Part shown: positions 13,717-24,808 of the stretch, piece after piece | How the letters are laid out: each line of letters starts with the position of its first letter | How positions within the stretch are numbered: position 1 is the first letter of the stretch | Source of the DNA: Malacoraja senta | Lineage: Eukaryota | NCBI GenBank assembly: GCA_038087875.1 | Contig: JAXLNO010000796.1 | Coordinates: 124,001-188,000 of the forward strand | DNA: 64,000 bases | Direction of reading: 5' to 3' | Notes under the pieces: model-generated | What the model saw: the letters and a program-made list of their open reading frames with translations, nothing else | What the model was told of the DNA's origin: nothing | The model's database searches: none | Translations under genes and position numbers: made by a program

Positions 13717-15089
13717 CTGGCAAGATATGTATATGATGTTTGAGAGGCTTTTAGATCGACAAACTGATCTGCAGGAAATAGAGGGATATGGATCATGTTG
13801 CAGTTGGATGGGATCAGTTTAGCATCTCATCATGTTCACCACAGACATTGTGGGCCAAAGGGCCTCTTCCTGAGATGAACATTTTTATGTTTTATATAAA
13901 ATAAGATTAGTAATCAGCTGTAAGCCCCCTTGAACAGACTGCATCATTCAATAACATTATGTCCAATCTGATTTTGATCAGTTTACTGCATAATTCCTGC
14001 AATTTTTGATTCATTTCTGATCTAAAATTCTCTATATCTCAACCTAGAAAATATTCATTCACCTTGTCTTCACAGCTGGAATAGAAAGTTCAGGCAAATC
14101 ATACACCTCCTGGAAAATAAATCTTCTTCGTAACTATTTTAAAGAGGGACCCAACATGGGAGGACTGCTGAGAACAAAGATAACAAAGAGGGTCCCGGGG
14201 TTGGGGGGGGAGGGGGCGCGGATAACACAGGTGAACCCAACATGGAGGGGCTGCCGAGAACAAAGAGGGACCATTGGGGACTGTAATGATTACTTTGTAA
14301 CTGTGTCGACACCCTATACATGGTGACTTGTGTATGTATACCTTGTGTATGTTATGCAAAGCAAAGAATTTCACTGTGACATGTCACATGTGATAATAAA
14401 GTATCAATCAATCAAATAGGCGACCTTTTATTCCAAAATGTGGCGCAATGTATGACTTTGGAATCACAGGGTAACTGCAGTGAAGACAGCATTTGAAAAA
14501 TTAATGGCTGAATGTAAAGTCATCAGTCAGCATTGATACAATAAAGAGCATAGAACAGTACAGCACAAGAACAGGCCCTTTGACCCACAATGTTTGTGCC
14601 GAACATGATGCCAAGACCAATTGTTATCTGCTTGCACATAATCCATATCCATCCATTCCCTGCATATACATGTGCCTATCTAAAAGTCTCTTAAATGCCA
14701 CTATCATATCTGCTTCCACCACCACCTCCAGCAGCACATTCCAGTCACTCACCACCCTTGGCGTAAAACACTTGTCCTGCACATCTTTTTTTAACTTTGC
14801 CACTCATTGTAAAGCAATACCTGCTCTTATTTGATATTTCCTTCCTGGGTAAAAAGTCTGATGGTCTACCCTATCTCTACTCCTCCCAGTTTGATATATT
14901 ACTGTCAGGTCTCCCCTCAATCCCCGACATTCCAGAGAAAACAATCCAACTGTCCAGTCTGTCCAACTTCTCCCTGTGGCTAATACCCCACTAATCCAGG
15001 CATCATTCCGGTAGACCTCCTCTGCATCCCAAAGGAAGCTGATTGTGCTTCATGGTCCTCTCCTGGTCTCTGCTGTTGTCAGCTGGTAC

Positions 15090-15223
15090 CTGTTCATTGA
15101 AAGGTTTTCTCTTTTTCCTCTTCTTCCAGCAACCAATTCCAAGGATGATCCCCAGGAGAATGAGAGGAACAATTACAGCTCCAGTCACGATCCTAATCTT
15201 CATATCTTCTTTCACTGCCCTCT
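15090..15223 (-). CDS. MHC class I-like exon 5, connecting peptide, transmembrane and start of cytoplasmic tail
   Basis: Acceptor CAACAG in phase 1, then (E)RAVKEDMKIRIVTGAVIVPLILLGIILGIGCWKKRKKRKPFNEQ. Hydrophobic span followed by a KKRKKRK stop-transfer cluster. Possible donor GTACCA after 15090, otherwise read-through to TGA at 15003-15005. Confidence 0.8.
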
Positions 15224-15540
15224 CTGTTGGCATATACAGTGGCTTGCAAAAGTATTCATACCCCTTGAACTTTTCCACATTTTGTCACGTTACAACCACA
15301 AGCGTAAATGTATTTTATTGGGATTTTATGTGATAGACCAACATAAAGTGGCACATAATTGTGAAGTGGAAGGAAAATTATACATGGTTTTCAAATTTTT
15401 TTACAAATAAAAAACTGAAAAGTGTCGCGTGCGAAAATATTCAGCCCCCTTTACTCTGATACCCCTAAATAAAATCCAGTGCAACCAATTGCCTTCAGAA
15501 GTCACCTTATTAGTAAATAGAGTCCACTTGTGTGTAATCT

Positions 15541-15883
15541 CGGGACGACAGATGGCGCAATGGGCTAAGTGTTCGGCTGGCAACCGGAAGGTAGCCGGTT
15601 CGAATCCCGCTTGGAGTGCATACTGTCGTTGTGTCCTTGGGCAAGACACTTCACCCACCTTTGCCTGCGTGTGAATGTGTGTGAGTGATTGGTGGTGGTC
15701 GGAGGGGCCGTAGGCGCAGATTAGCAGCCACGCTTCCGTCAGTCTGCCCCAGGGCAGCTGTGGCTACAGAAGTAGCTCACCACCACCGAGTGTGACTGAG
15801 GAGTGAATGAATAATGCGATGTAAAGCGCCGAGTATTAGAAAGGCGCTATATAAATCCCATCCATTATTATTATTATTATTAT
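15541..15883 (+). mobile_element. tRNA-derived CORE-SINE (AFC-like) inserted in the Tc1 5-prime region
   Basis: A box TGGCGCAATGG, B box GGTTCGAATCC, CORE-like GTGTCCTTGGGCAAGACACTTCACC and an (ATT)n tail. TSD TAATCT at 15535-40 and 15884-89. Confidence 0.85.
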
Positions 15884-15964
15884 TAATCTAATCTCAGTAT
15901 AAATACAGCTGTTCTGTGAAGGCCTCAGAGGTTTGTTAGAGAACATTAGTGAACAAACAACATC

Positions 15965-16986
15965 ATGAAGCCAAAGGAACACACCAGACAGGTCAGGGAT
16001 AAAGTTGTGGAGAAGTTTAAAACAGGGTTAGGTTATAAATAAATATCCCAAGCTTTGAACATCTCACGGAGCACTGTTCAATCCCTCATCCGAAAATGGA
16101 AAGAGTATGGCACAACTGCAAACCTACCAAGACATGGCCGTCCACCTAAACTGACAGGCCGGGCAAGGAGAGCATTGATCAGAGAAGCAGCCAAGAGGCC
16201 CATGGTAACTCTGCAGGAGCTGCAGAGATCCACAGCTCAGGTGGGAGAATCTGTCCACAGGAAAACTATTAGTCGTGCACTCCACAAATCGGGCCTTTAT
16301 GGAAGAGTGGCAAGAAGAAAGCCATTGTTGAAAAAAGCCCATAAGAAGTCCCGTTTGCAGTTTGCCACAAGCCATGTGGGGGACACAGCAAACATGTGGA
16401 GGAAGGTGCTCTGGTCAGATGAGACCAAAATTGAAGTTTTTGGCCTAAATGCAAAACGCTATGTGTGGCGGAAACCTAACACTGCACATCACCCTGAACA
16501 CACCATCCCCACTGTGAAACATGGTGGTGGCAGCATTATGCTGTGGGGATGCTTTTCTTCAGCAGGGACAGGGAAGCTGGTCAGAGTTGATGGGGGAAGA
16601 TGGATGGAGCCAAATACAGGGCAATCTTGGAAGAAAACCTGTTAGAGTCTGCAAAAGACTTGAGACCGGGGCGGAAGTTCACCTTCCAGCAGGACAACGA
16701 CCCTAAACATACAGCCAGAGCTACAATGGAATGGTTTAGATCAAAGCGTATTCATGTGTTAGAATGGCCCAGTCAAAGTCCAGACCTAAATCCAATTGAG
16801 AATCTCTGGCAAGACTTGAAAATTGCTGTTCACAGATGCTCTCCATCCAATCTGACTGAGCTTGAGCTATTTTGCAAAGAAGAATGGGCAAAAATTTCAG
16901 TCTCTAGATGTGCAAAGCTGGTAGAGATATACCCCAAAAGACTTGCAGCTGTAATTGCAGCGAAAGGTGGTTCTACAAAGTATTGA
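15965..16986 (+). pseudogene. Tc1 DD34E transposase, inactivated
   Basis: MKPKEHTRQVRDKVVEKF start, GRPPKL AT-hook, WSDE, QQDND and PIEN with 34 residues between the second D and E. TAA at 16040-16042 and a frameshift in the G-run near 16590. Confidence 0.95.
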
Positions 16987-18349
16987 CTCAGGGGGGCTGA
17001 ATACTTTTGCACGCGACACTTTTCAGTTTTTTATTTGTAACAAAATTTGAAAACCATGTATCATTTTCCTTCCACTTCACAATTATGCACCACTTTGTGT
17101 TGGTCTATCACATAAAATCCCAATAAAATACATTTACGTTTGTGGTTGTAACGTGACAAAATGTGGAAAAGTTCAAGGGGTATGAAAACTTTTGCAAGCC
17201 ACTGTATAGTGCATTTTAAACATTTAGTGATCAATAACAACATTGTAATGATTTTATTATCTAAATTAAAGTAGCACTGTTCATATCTAATTAAAAAGTA
17301 ATAACGTTTTAGATTTAAGTATTTATACAGAGGATGGATGTGCTTAAAATGATCAATGAAAAATCATTAAGTTCATATTAGCATTGAGGTATTGAGATTT
17401 TATCTGCAGCATTTAATTAAGAATTTAAAGAATCAAGTACGTCAGAAATATATGACTATTTACAGTGTAGAGGTCAACAAGGCCATTTTCTTATGTTGAT
17501 GATTGTTATTATAGCAAATAAAAGTGAACCCATTTATAGTTGATAAAACTTCAAAGGTTTTAATCTTTGCTGATATTTCAATGATATCTGAGTTTAATTT
17601 TCTCACATACACATGCTCTCTCTTTCTCTCTCTCTCCCCCTCACTGTCTCACACACATGAGCCCACACACACACACATAGGCACACACAGACATTAACAC
17701 TACTGTCTATTTGTACTGACCAGCAATCTTAACCATGTCAGCTTGGCCCTGGTGTGAAGATCTTTGCAGAGGTCTTGTCTGGAACAAATAAGTCAGCTAC
17801 AGAACAGGTGCTGCTACTTCAGCCTGATAATATGGCACCACTATTGGTCTTTTGTGTAACTAGCTACTATCAGAAAATTAGCTAGATGCCCAAGGAAGAA
17901 GATAAGAGACCTTGTCCAGGATCAGCCTATCTTGCTTCCACTGTTCCTACATTTGGATGGGTGAGTTAAGGGTGACATAAGAATAATTTTGACCATAAGA
18001 TATTGGAGCGGAATTATGCCTTTCAAGTCCATTGAGTCTACTCCACCATTCAGTCATAGCAGATCTATTTTTTACCGCTAAATCCCATTCTCTAGCCTTC
18101 TCCCTGTAACCTTTGTCACCCGTACTCATCAAGAACCTATCAATCTCTGCTTGAAAAATATGCAATGACTTGACCCACACAGCTGTTTGTATCAATGAAT
18201 TCCACAGATTCACCACCCTGTGACTAAAGAGATTCCTCCTCATCTCCATATTGAAGGTAGGTATTTTTATTGTGAGGCTGTGCTAGACTCTCCCATTACT
18301 GAAAACTTCCTTTCCCATCAACTAACCAGGCATTTCATTATCTGGTAGG

Positions 18350-21300
18350 CAGGGCCGGATTTACATATAAGATGGACAAGCTTCAGTTTAGGGCCTGGAG
18401 ATCTAGGAGGGGCTCGCAGAGCCGGATTTACCACTAGGCTTCATAGGCTGAAGCCTGGGGCCCTGAAATATAGGGGGCCTCCGGCCAAGGCAGGACACCA
18501 GCCGTTCAACTCTGGGCGGGGTGGCCCCCCTCTCTATCTCTATCTCCGTCTGTCACTCTCCGTGTCCGGGTCTCCGTTCTCCGCTCGCTCCTCATCCGCC
18601 GGCACGGCCGGCCGCCTTGCACATGCACACTGCTACGGCCAGCACGTCCTCCCCTGCACATGCGCACAACCACAGCCCGCACGTCATCGGCCGCCCTGCG
18701 CATGCGCACTGCCACGGCAACTGGTCGGGGCTGGGCACTTTCTCCCTCGCTTTGAATTGTGGGAGATTTGGCCGCCATTGCTGCCTCGCCGCAACCGCTG
18801 AAAACTAACACAGAATCACTCCCTGACCCTGGATCAGGAGTATCTCCCTGGAGTAACTCTCGCTTCTGGTTTCCTGATCCTCCATAAATATTCTAAAAGG
18901 AATTTAAACTGGAGGTGGTAGAGGGCTGAACAATAACAGCCTATTGCATTTTATCTGTTTATTTATTGTGTATATATATGGTCTATGGTATATAAACACA
19001 CTGAACTTTTATCTCCTGTTCTGTATTATGTTCACATATTATGTTGTGCTGCAGCAAGCAAGAATTTCATTGTCCTATCTGGGACACATGACAATAAAAC
19101 TCTCTTGACTCTTGACTTGGACTTAAGCAAAAAAGGGTTCTTGGGGAAAAAAGAGGTACCTTAAATTTAGTTGCGTCTGGTTGGGTAACTATGGTAGGGT
19201 GAAGACTATTCCATGCTTTAATTGTGCGGGGGAACTCCATGGAGCAGCCAGCAACTCAGGATAGAAGAAATTGGGTGACGTTTCGGGTAGAAACACTTCT
19301 TTAGACTCCCTCTGGTTTTAGTGTCTTTAGCTTAATTTGAAGATACAGCGTGGAAACAGGCCCTTCAGCCCTCCGAGTCCACGCCGACTATTGATCACCC
19401 GTACACTAGTTCTTTCCCACACATTAGCGAAGTAAGTCAAGAGTCAAGAGTTTATTCTCTCACGTCCCAGTTAGAACAATGAAATCCTTACTTGCAGCAG
19501 CACAACAGAATATGTAAACATAGTACTCTGTAAACAATGTTATAAACGAGAAAACAAAACGGTGTATATTTATAGCTGTGGTGAAGACAATCGCTGCTGC
19601 TACCCGACCCCCGGAGATTCGGAGGCTACAACCGCGGGTCTGGCGGACGGCAACACCGGAAGCCCGTGGGTCCCCTGGTGGGACACCGCTTTTCGGGGCA
19701 TCCGCAGCGGCGACTTCTCCCGCCCGAGTTGCGGGGTTGAAGAGCACCTGGAGGGGAGCTTTACATCACCGCCCCGCGCGGCTTGGAATGGCCGCCGGAC
19801 TTTGCGAGCGCGCGCCGGGGCTCTAACACCAAGACGCGGTGCGCGACCCTGCATTAACCGGCGTGGCTTTAATGGCCGCGGGATAATCACCATCGCCCGC
19901 CGGGGGCTTTGACTTTGACTCTGACATCGGGGGGGTGGGGGGGGGGAGTGCAGTGGAGAGATACGTTTTTTTGCCTTCCATCACAGCGCTGTGATGGATG
20001 TATGTGTAAATTGTGTTGTGTCTCGGGTCTTCTTCGTTTTGTAATGTATGGCTGCAGAAACGACATTTCGTTTGGACCTCAACGGGGTCCAAATGACAAA
20101 TTTGTCCAAAAGACAAATAAAATTGTATTGTAATTGTATTGTATATATATATATGTGTGTGTGTGTGTGTGCATAGTATATATACCCACACGCACACACA
20201 CACAATTTCCCTCCTGGGATTAATAAAGTTCTATCGTATAGTATCGTGTGTGTAGGAAGGAACTGCAAATGCTGGTTTAAATTGAAGATAGACACACAAA
20301 GCTGGAGTAACTCAACAGGTCAGACAGAATCTCTGGACAAAAGGGAAATATTACGTTTAGGGTTGGTTCTGAAATAGGTTCCTGCACACCTTTGGAATGT
20401 GGAAGGAAACAAGAGCACCCGAAGAAAACCCATGCGATCAAAGTGAAAAGGAGCAAACTCCAAACAGACAACACCCATATTCAGGATCAATTCCAGGTCT
20501 CTGGCACTTTTAGGCAGCAACCTTATGGCCAATGTACAGCCCCATTGTCTTGAACTTAATTAAAACGCCAAGTGTAGCATTTCCTGCAGTTGCAATGGAA
20601 AGTGCCAGGAGAGGGGGTGGTTTGGGTGGGAAGGGACGAATTGACCAGCGAGTTACGGAGGGAGCGGTCTCTATGGAAAGCCAACAGGGGAGGAGATGGG
20701 AAGATGTGGCCAGTTGTGGGATCCCATTGGTAGACAAAAAAGCTGTAGAAAATCAGCGGGTGAGGCAGCACCTGTGGAGCGAAGGAATAGACGATGTTTC
20801 GGGTCGAGACCCTTCTTCAGATTGATGTCGGGGGGGGGGGGGAATGACATGAAAAATAAAGGAAGAGACGGAGACAGTAGGCTGTGGGAGAGCTGGGAAT
20901 GGGAGGGGAAGGAGGGAGAAAGCAAGGACTACCTGAAATTAGAGAAGCCTATGTGCATAGCGCTGGGGTGTAAACTACCCAAGCAAATATGAGGTGCTGC
21001 CCCTCCAATATGCGGTGGGCCTCACTCTGGCCATGGAGGAGGCCCAGGACAGAAAGGTCAGATTCGGAATGGGAGGGGGAGTTGAAGTGCTGAGCCACCG
21101 GGAGATCAGGTTGGTTATTGCGAACTGAGTGGAGGTGTTGTGCGAAGCAATCGCCAAGCCTGCACTTGGTCTCACCGAGGTTGATCATACGCTGAATAAT
21201 CCAACCACATTTTTTTTTGGAAGTGGAAAGAAATAATAGAAATTGCATTCATTGCAACGTGTAAAAAGAGTTAAGATACAGTATTATAATTGTGCTGCAT

Positions 21301-21869
21301 GTCATTGTGGTATATATCATGTCCTGATTGGTGAATATGTTTAGTTTGTGGCTTTATTTGAAGCAGAAATAATATGTGAATGCTTCATTGAGCATAATTC
21401 TGACTGGTCGTCCGAGCACATTATCGCACGTGTCATGCAAGCCATCTTAAATAACCACCTAAACTGTCATTTGGCAACTTAAAAAGCTACCAAGGTTGCC
21501 CGGCTGACAACAGAGAAAAAAAATTAAGTGAGAGCCCTGCAAGGTGTATAATATTTTTGACACTGTCATAGGCCTTTCTTACATATGCTGTCACAACGCA
21601 CTGTAGTCTCTAAACAACACTTCAGTAATTTTCCTTGCCCTCCATTTCAGAATAATAGTGTTTTAAGCCAATAACTCGACACTAGCAGTGGCAATAAATA
21701 AATAAATAAAGCCCAGCTTTCCAGCCCCTTATCTCATTGGCCACGCTCGGCTGCAAATCGGTGTCAATCTGGTGGACCATCTTCCTCTGGTCGTGGGGGT
21801 GGGGGATTGGGGGGGGGGGCCTCACAAGTGGAACAGCTTAGGGCCTCTCTTCATCTAAATCCGGCCCTG
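18350..21869. mobile_element. Non-autonomous hAT element (3.5 kb) in class I intron 4
   Basis: 14-bp TIR CAGGGCCGGATTTA / TAAATCCGGCCCTG and 8-bp TSD CTGGTAGG (18342-49, 21870-77). It splits a CR1 fragment. No transposase ORF seen inside. Confidence 0.9.
20568..21185 (-). mobile_element. Penelope-like element fragments (linker and GIY-YIG endonuclease region, terminal repeat)
   Basis: LLAFHRDRSLRNSLV...PGTFHCNCRKCYT and GETKCRLGDCFAQHLHSVR...PVAQHFNSPSHS...LSVLGL are typical PLE C-terminal motifs. Confidence 0.8.
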
Positions 21870-22327
21870 CTGGTAGGTTTCAATGAGATTCCCACCTCAT
21901 CCTTCTAAATCCCATGAGCACAGGCACAGAGACTTCAAACACTCCTCATACGTTAAATCAATCATCCCCAGGACATACATCCTCTCGACCCTCTCCAAAG
22001 CCAGCACATCCTTTCTAATATGGAGCCCAAAACTGCTCACAATATTCCAAATGTGTCTTCACCAGTGCCCGATAAATCCTCAGCATTATATCATTGTTTT
22101 TATATTCTACGCCCCCCGAAATGAATGCTGGCATTGCATTTGCCTTACTTACCACTGACTCAATCTGCAAATGAACTATTTGGGAATCCTGCACTAGTAC
22201 TCCCACTTTGTAGCTCAGGTTTCTCAATTCTCTCCCCATTTAGAAAATAGTCTATGTCTTTATTCCGACTGCCAAAATGTAAAACCAGACACTTGCTACA
22301 CTGTATTCCATTTGGCTCTGCTTTGCC

Positions 22328-22968
22328 CACTAGGTGGAACTGCTGCCTTACAGCGCCAGAGACCCGGTTCAATTCTGACTACGGGTCCCGTCTGTACAGA
22401 GTTTTGTACCTTCTCCCCGGGACTTGCGTGGGTTTTGCCTGGATCTCCGGTTTCCTCACTCAGTCCAAAGACATACAGGTTTGTAGGTTAATTGGCTTGG
22501 TATAATTGTAAATTGTCCCCTAATAAGTAAGATAATGTAAGTGTGCAGGGATCGCTGGTTGACGCAGACTCGGTGGGCTGAAGGGCCGGTTTCTGCGCTG
22601 TATCTCTTAAACTAAAACCACATTCCATTGACTATCAATAATTATGAGCAATTAGATAACCACAAATTAATAATGGGTGGCACAGTGGCGTAGCGGTAGA
22701 GCTGCTGCCTTACTGCACCAGAGACCTGGGTTTGATCCTGACTACAGGTGCTGTCTGCAAGGACATTGTATGTTCTCCCTGTGACTGCGTGGGTTTCCTC
22801 CCACACTACAAAGACATACAGGTTTGTAGGTTACTTGGCTTAGGTAAAATTGTAAATTGTCCGTACTGTGTAGGTTAGTGTAAATGTATGGGTTGATCAC
22901 TATTCAGCGAGGACTCAGTGAGCTGAGGGGCCTGTATCTGCAGCATATCTCTAAAGCCTAAAGTCTAA
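22328..22968 (+). mobile_element. Two V-SINE (HE1-like) copies (about 22328-22618 and 22675-22968)
   Basis: Same head, V-domain and tail as 10898-11224. Confidence 0.8.
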
Positions 22969-23063
22969 ATCCACAGCTTAGTTAAGAGTGTGAGTTGAGA
23001 CTGTTATCTCAGTCCAGGAGGTTTATGGTCTCAAGTGATCAGCCTCATTGACTTGCCACTTAC

Positions 23064-23336
23064 CCTGTGGAACATTGACTCCCTGCAGCAGAGTTGCATG
23101 TTCGATGTAACAGGAGAATTTTGCCACATCTTCTCTATTCAGTTGAATTGTATTCTTCAGCTGGTAAGTCCCATCCCAATTGGGCAACAGATCACTGGAT
23201 TCAGACTCATGGACCCCCTCACCATCTCTCAGCCACGTTACATCGATGGCCCGTGGCTAGAAGCCTGTGACAAGGCAGGAGAGTCTCAGTGATTGCGACC
23301 CATCACGTTTAATCCCAATAAACACCTCAGGGGTTT
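23064..23336 (-). CDS. MHC class I-like exon 4, alpha3 C1-set Ig domain with premature TAG
   Basis: Acceptor CTTGCAG, donor GTAAGT, 273 bp. (E)TPEVFIGIKRDGSQSLRLSCLVTGF*PRAIDVTWLRDGEGVHESESSDLLPNWDGTYQLKNTIQLNREDVAKFSCYIEHATLLQGVNVPQ. The stop replaces the Tyr of the GFYP motif, which is why the ORF track misses this exon. Confidence 0.92.
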
Positions 23337-24150
23337 CTGCAAGTGTAAGAAGAGTCAGAATCAGTGAAGACATGAACAAAAGCCTTCAATTGTAAGATCA
23401 CTGCAACTCACCACTTTCCCAATCAGAGTTTTTTCTCTGGCTGAACTAAGTTTTCAGCCTAGACCCAAAATGCTGGAATAACTCAGCAGGTCAGGCAGCA
23501 TTCTGGAGAGAAGGAATGCCCAGAGATGCTATCTGACCCACTGAGTTACACCAACATCTTCTATCTTCAGTGTAAACCAGCATCTGCAGTTCTATCTTGC
23601 ACAAAGTTTACAGCCTTTTCTCTTTTCATTTTGCATTTCTGGCAAAACAACAAAACATTTAGCTTTAATATCACTGACATGCTCCTTATCTTAGCTCCAG
23701 ACTTTAACTGACAGCACAGATGAAAGGGGAATGCAGGCCCAATGGAGGAGTATAACTCACCATTGGGATTGATACTGTAGACATGATTGCTTCTACCTGT
23801 TCATGAATCTCTGCTGAATAATAACACTAAATATTCCAAGAGGGAATGGGAGGAAGAAGTTCTTCAAATAGAGAACTGTTGGAAATTGAATGTCACCATC
23901 CCAAGGAGTAATAGAGGCAAATAGAGAATCTGATTGGGTTTCTGATCAGTTCAGCAACAGACCCTTCAGGCCACAAGGTCGGTGCTAAACATAAGACCAA
24001 GATACATATTCCTCCATTTCCTGAATATCTATATGACTGTGGATAAAGGACACTGGTACAATATTTATCTTTCACTTGCACTTCCTACCCACTGGTTCCA
24101 TCTAAGAGGCACGTTGCCAGACAATTTACTGATACCCACGTTGTAGAACA

Positions 24151-24433
24151 GGGTGGCGAAGCGGTCGAGCTACTGCCTTACAGCGCCAGAGACCTGGGTT
24201 TGTTACTAACTACGGGTGCTTGTCTTTACAGAGTTCTCCCTGTGACCTGCGTGGGTTTTATCCGAGATCTTCGGTTTCCCCTCACACTCGAAAGACGTAC
24301 AAATTTGTAGGTTAATTGGATTGGTATAAATGCAAATTGTCCCTAGTGTGTGTAGGATAGTGTTAGTGTGCGGGCATGGCTGCTCGGTGCGGTCTCGGTG
24401 GGTTTCCGCGCTGTATCTCTAAACTAAACTAAA
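24151..24433 (+). mobile_element. V-SINE (HE1-like) in class I intron 3
   Basis: Same consensus, CTAAACTAAACTAAA tail. Confidence 0.8.
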
Positions 24434-24532
24434 TAATTACTCAAGTGACAGCCTGACGTGCATGATATTTCCCACCTGATCTATCCAGAGGATATCCTCT
24501 GGCCCATCAGTCAGAGTGCCTACGTCGTGTAC

Positions 24533-24808
24533 CTCTCCTCTGTAGTGCTTCTTGTCCACACTCCAGATATATCCGCAGCCACTTCACACAGTCCTTCTCC
24601 AGGAGATCTTTAAAATACTTGTTCATGAAGGTGTTGACGTTCCACCGATCTGCTAGCATCTGGAAATCTGGACGTAGTGCAATCCAGCGCATTCTGTCCT
24701 TGTCAAAAGCACAGGCATCCTCCCCATCATAACCCAGTCTGACAAACCCATCAGTGGAATTGTCACTGTCCACTTCACAGCCGCAGAAACCCTGCACAAA
24801 GCAAACAG
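24533..24808 (-). CDS. MHC class I-like exon 3, alpha2 domain
   Basis: Pyrimidine-rich tract plus CCCCAG acceptor, weak GTACAC donor, 276 bp (canonical alpha2 exon size). (T)VCFVQGFCGCEVDSDNSTDGFVRLGYDGEDACAFDKDRMRWIALRPDFQMLADRWNVNTFMNKYFKDLLEKDCVKWLRIYLECGQEALQRR has QxxxGC, YDGxD and CxxWLxxYL. Confidence 0.95.

Larger units (their letters stand above)
15237..17204 (+). mobile_element. Tc1/mariner DNA transposon, IR/DR type, Passport-like, with nested SINE
   Basis: TA TSDs at 15235-36 and 17205-06. About 215-bp TIRs (15237-15450 and 16990-17204) starting CAGTGGCTTGCAAAAG, with internal direct repeats. About 1.62 kb once the SINE is removed. Confidence 0.96.
17990..22320 (-). mobile_element. 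Degenerate CR1 3-prime fragment split by the hAT at 18350-21869
   Basis: CR1 C-terminal motifs (VVNLWNSL, HLEYCEQFWAPY) on both sides of the hAT, contiguous once the hAT and one TSD are removed. Confidence 0.8.

Noticed and set aside
15546-15615. tRNA gene (also the heads of the V-SINEs)
   Set aside because: These are A/B-box heads of SINEs with CORE or V bodies and tails, not complete cloverleaves.
18506-19912. GC-rich ORFs of 80-116 aa on both strands
   Set aside because: Low-complexity open frames inside the non-autonomous hAT and GC-rich repeats, with no domain signal.
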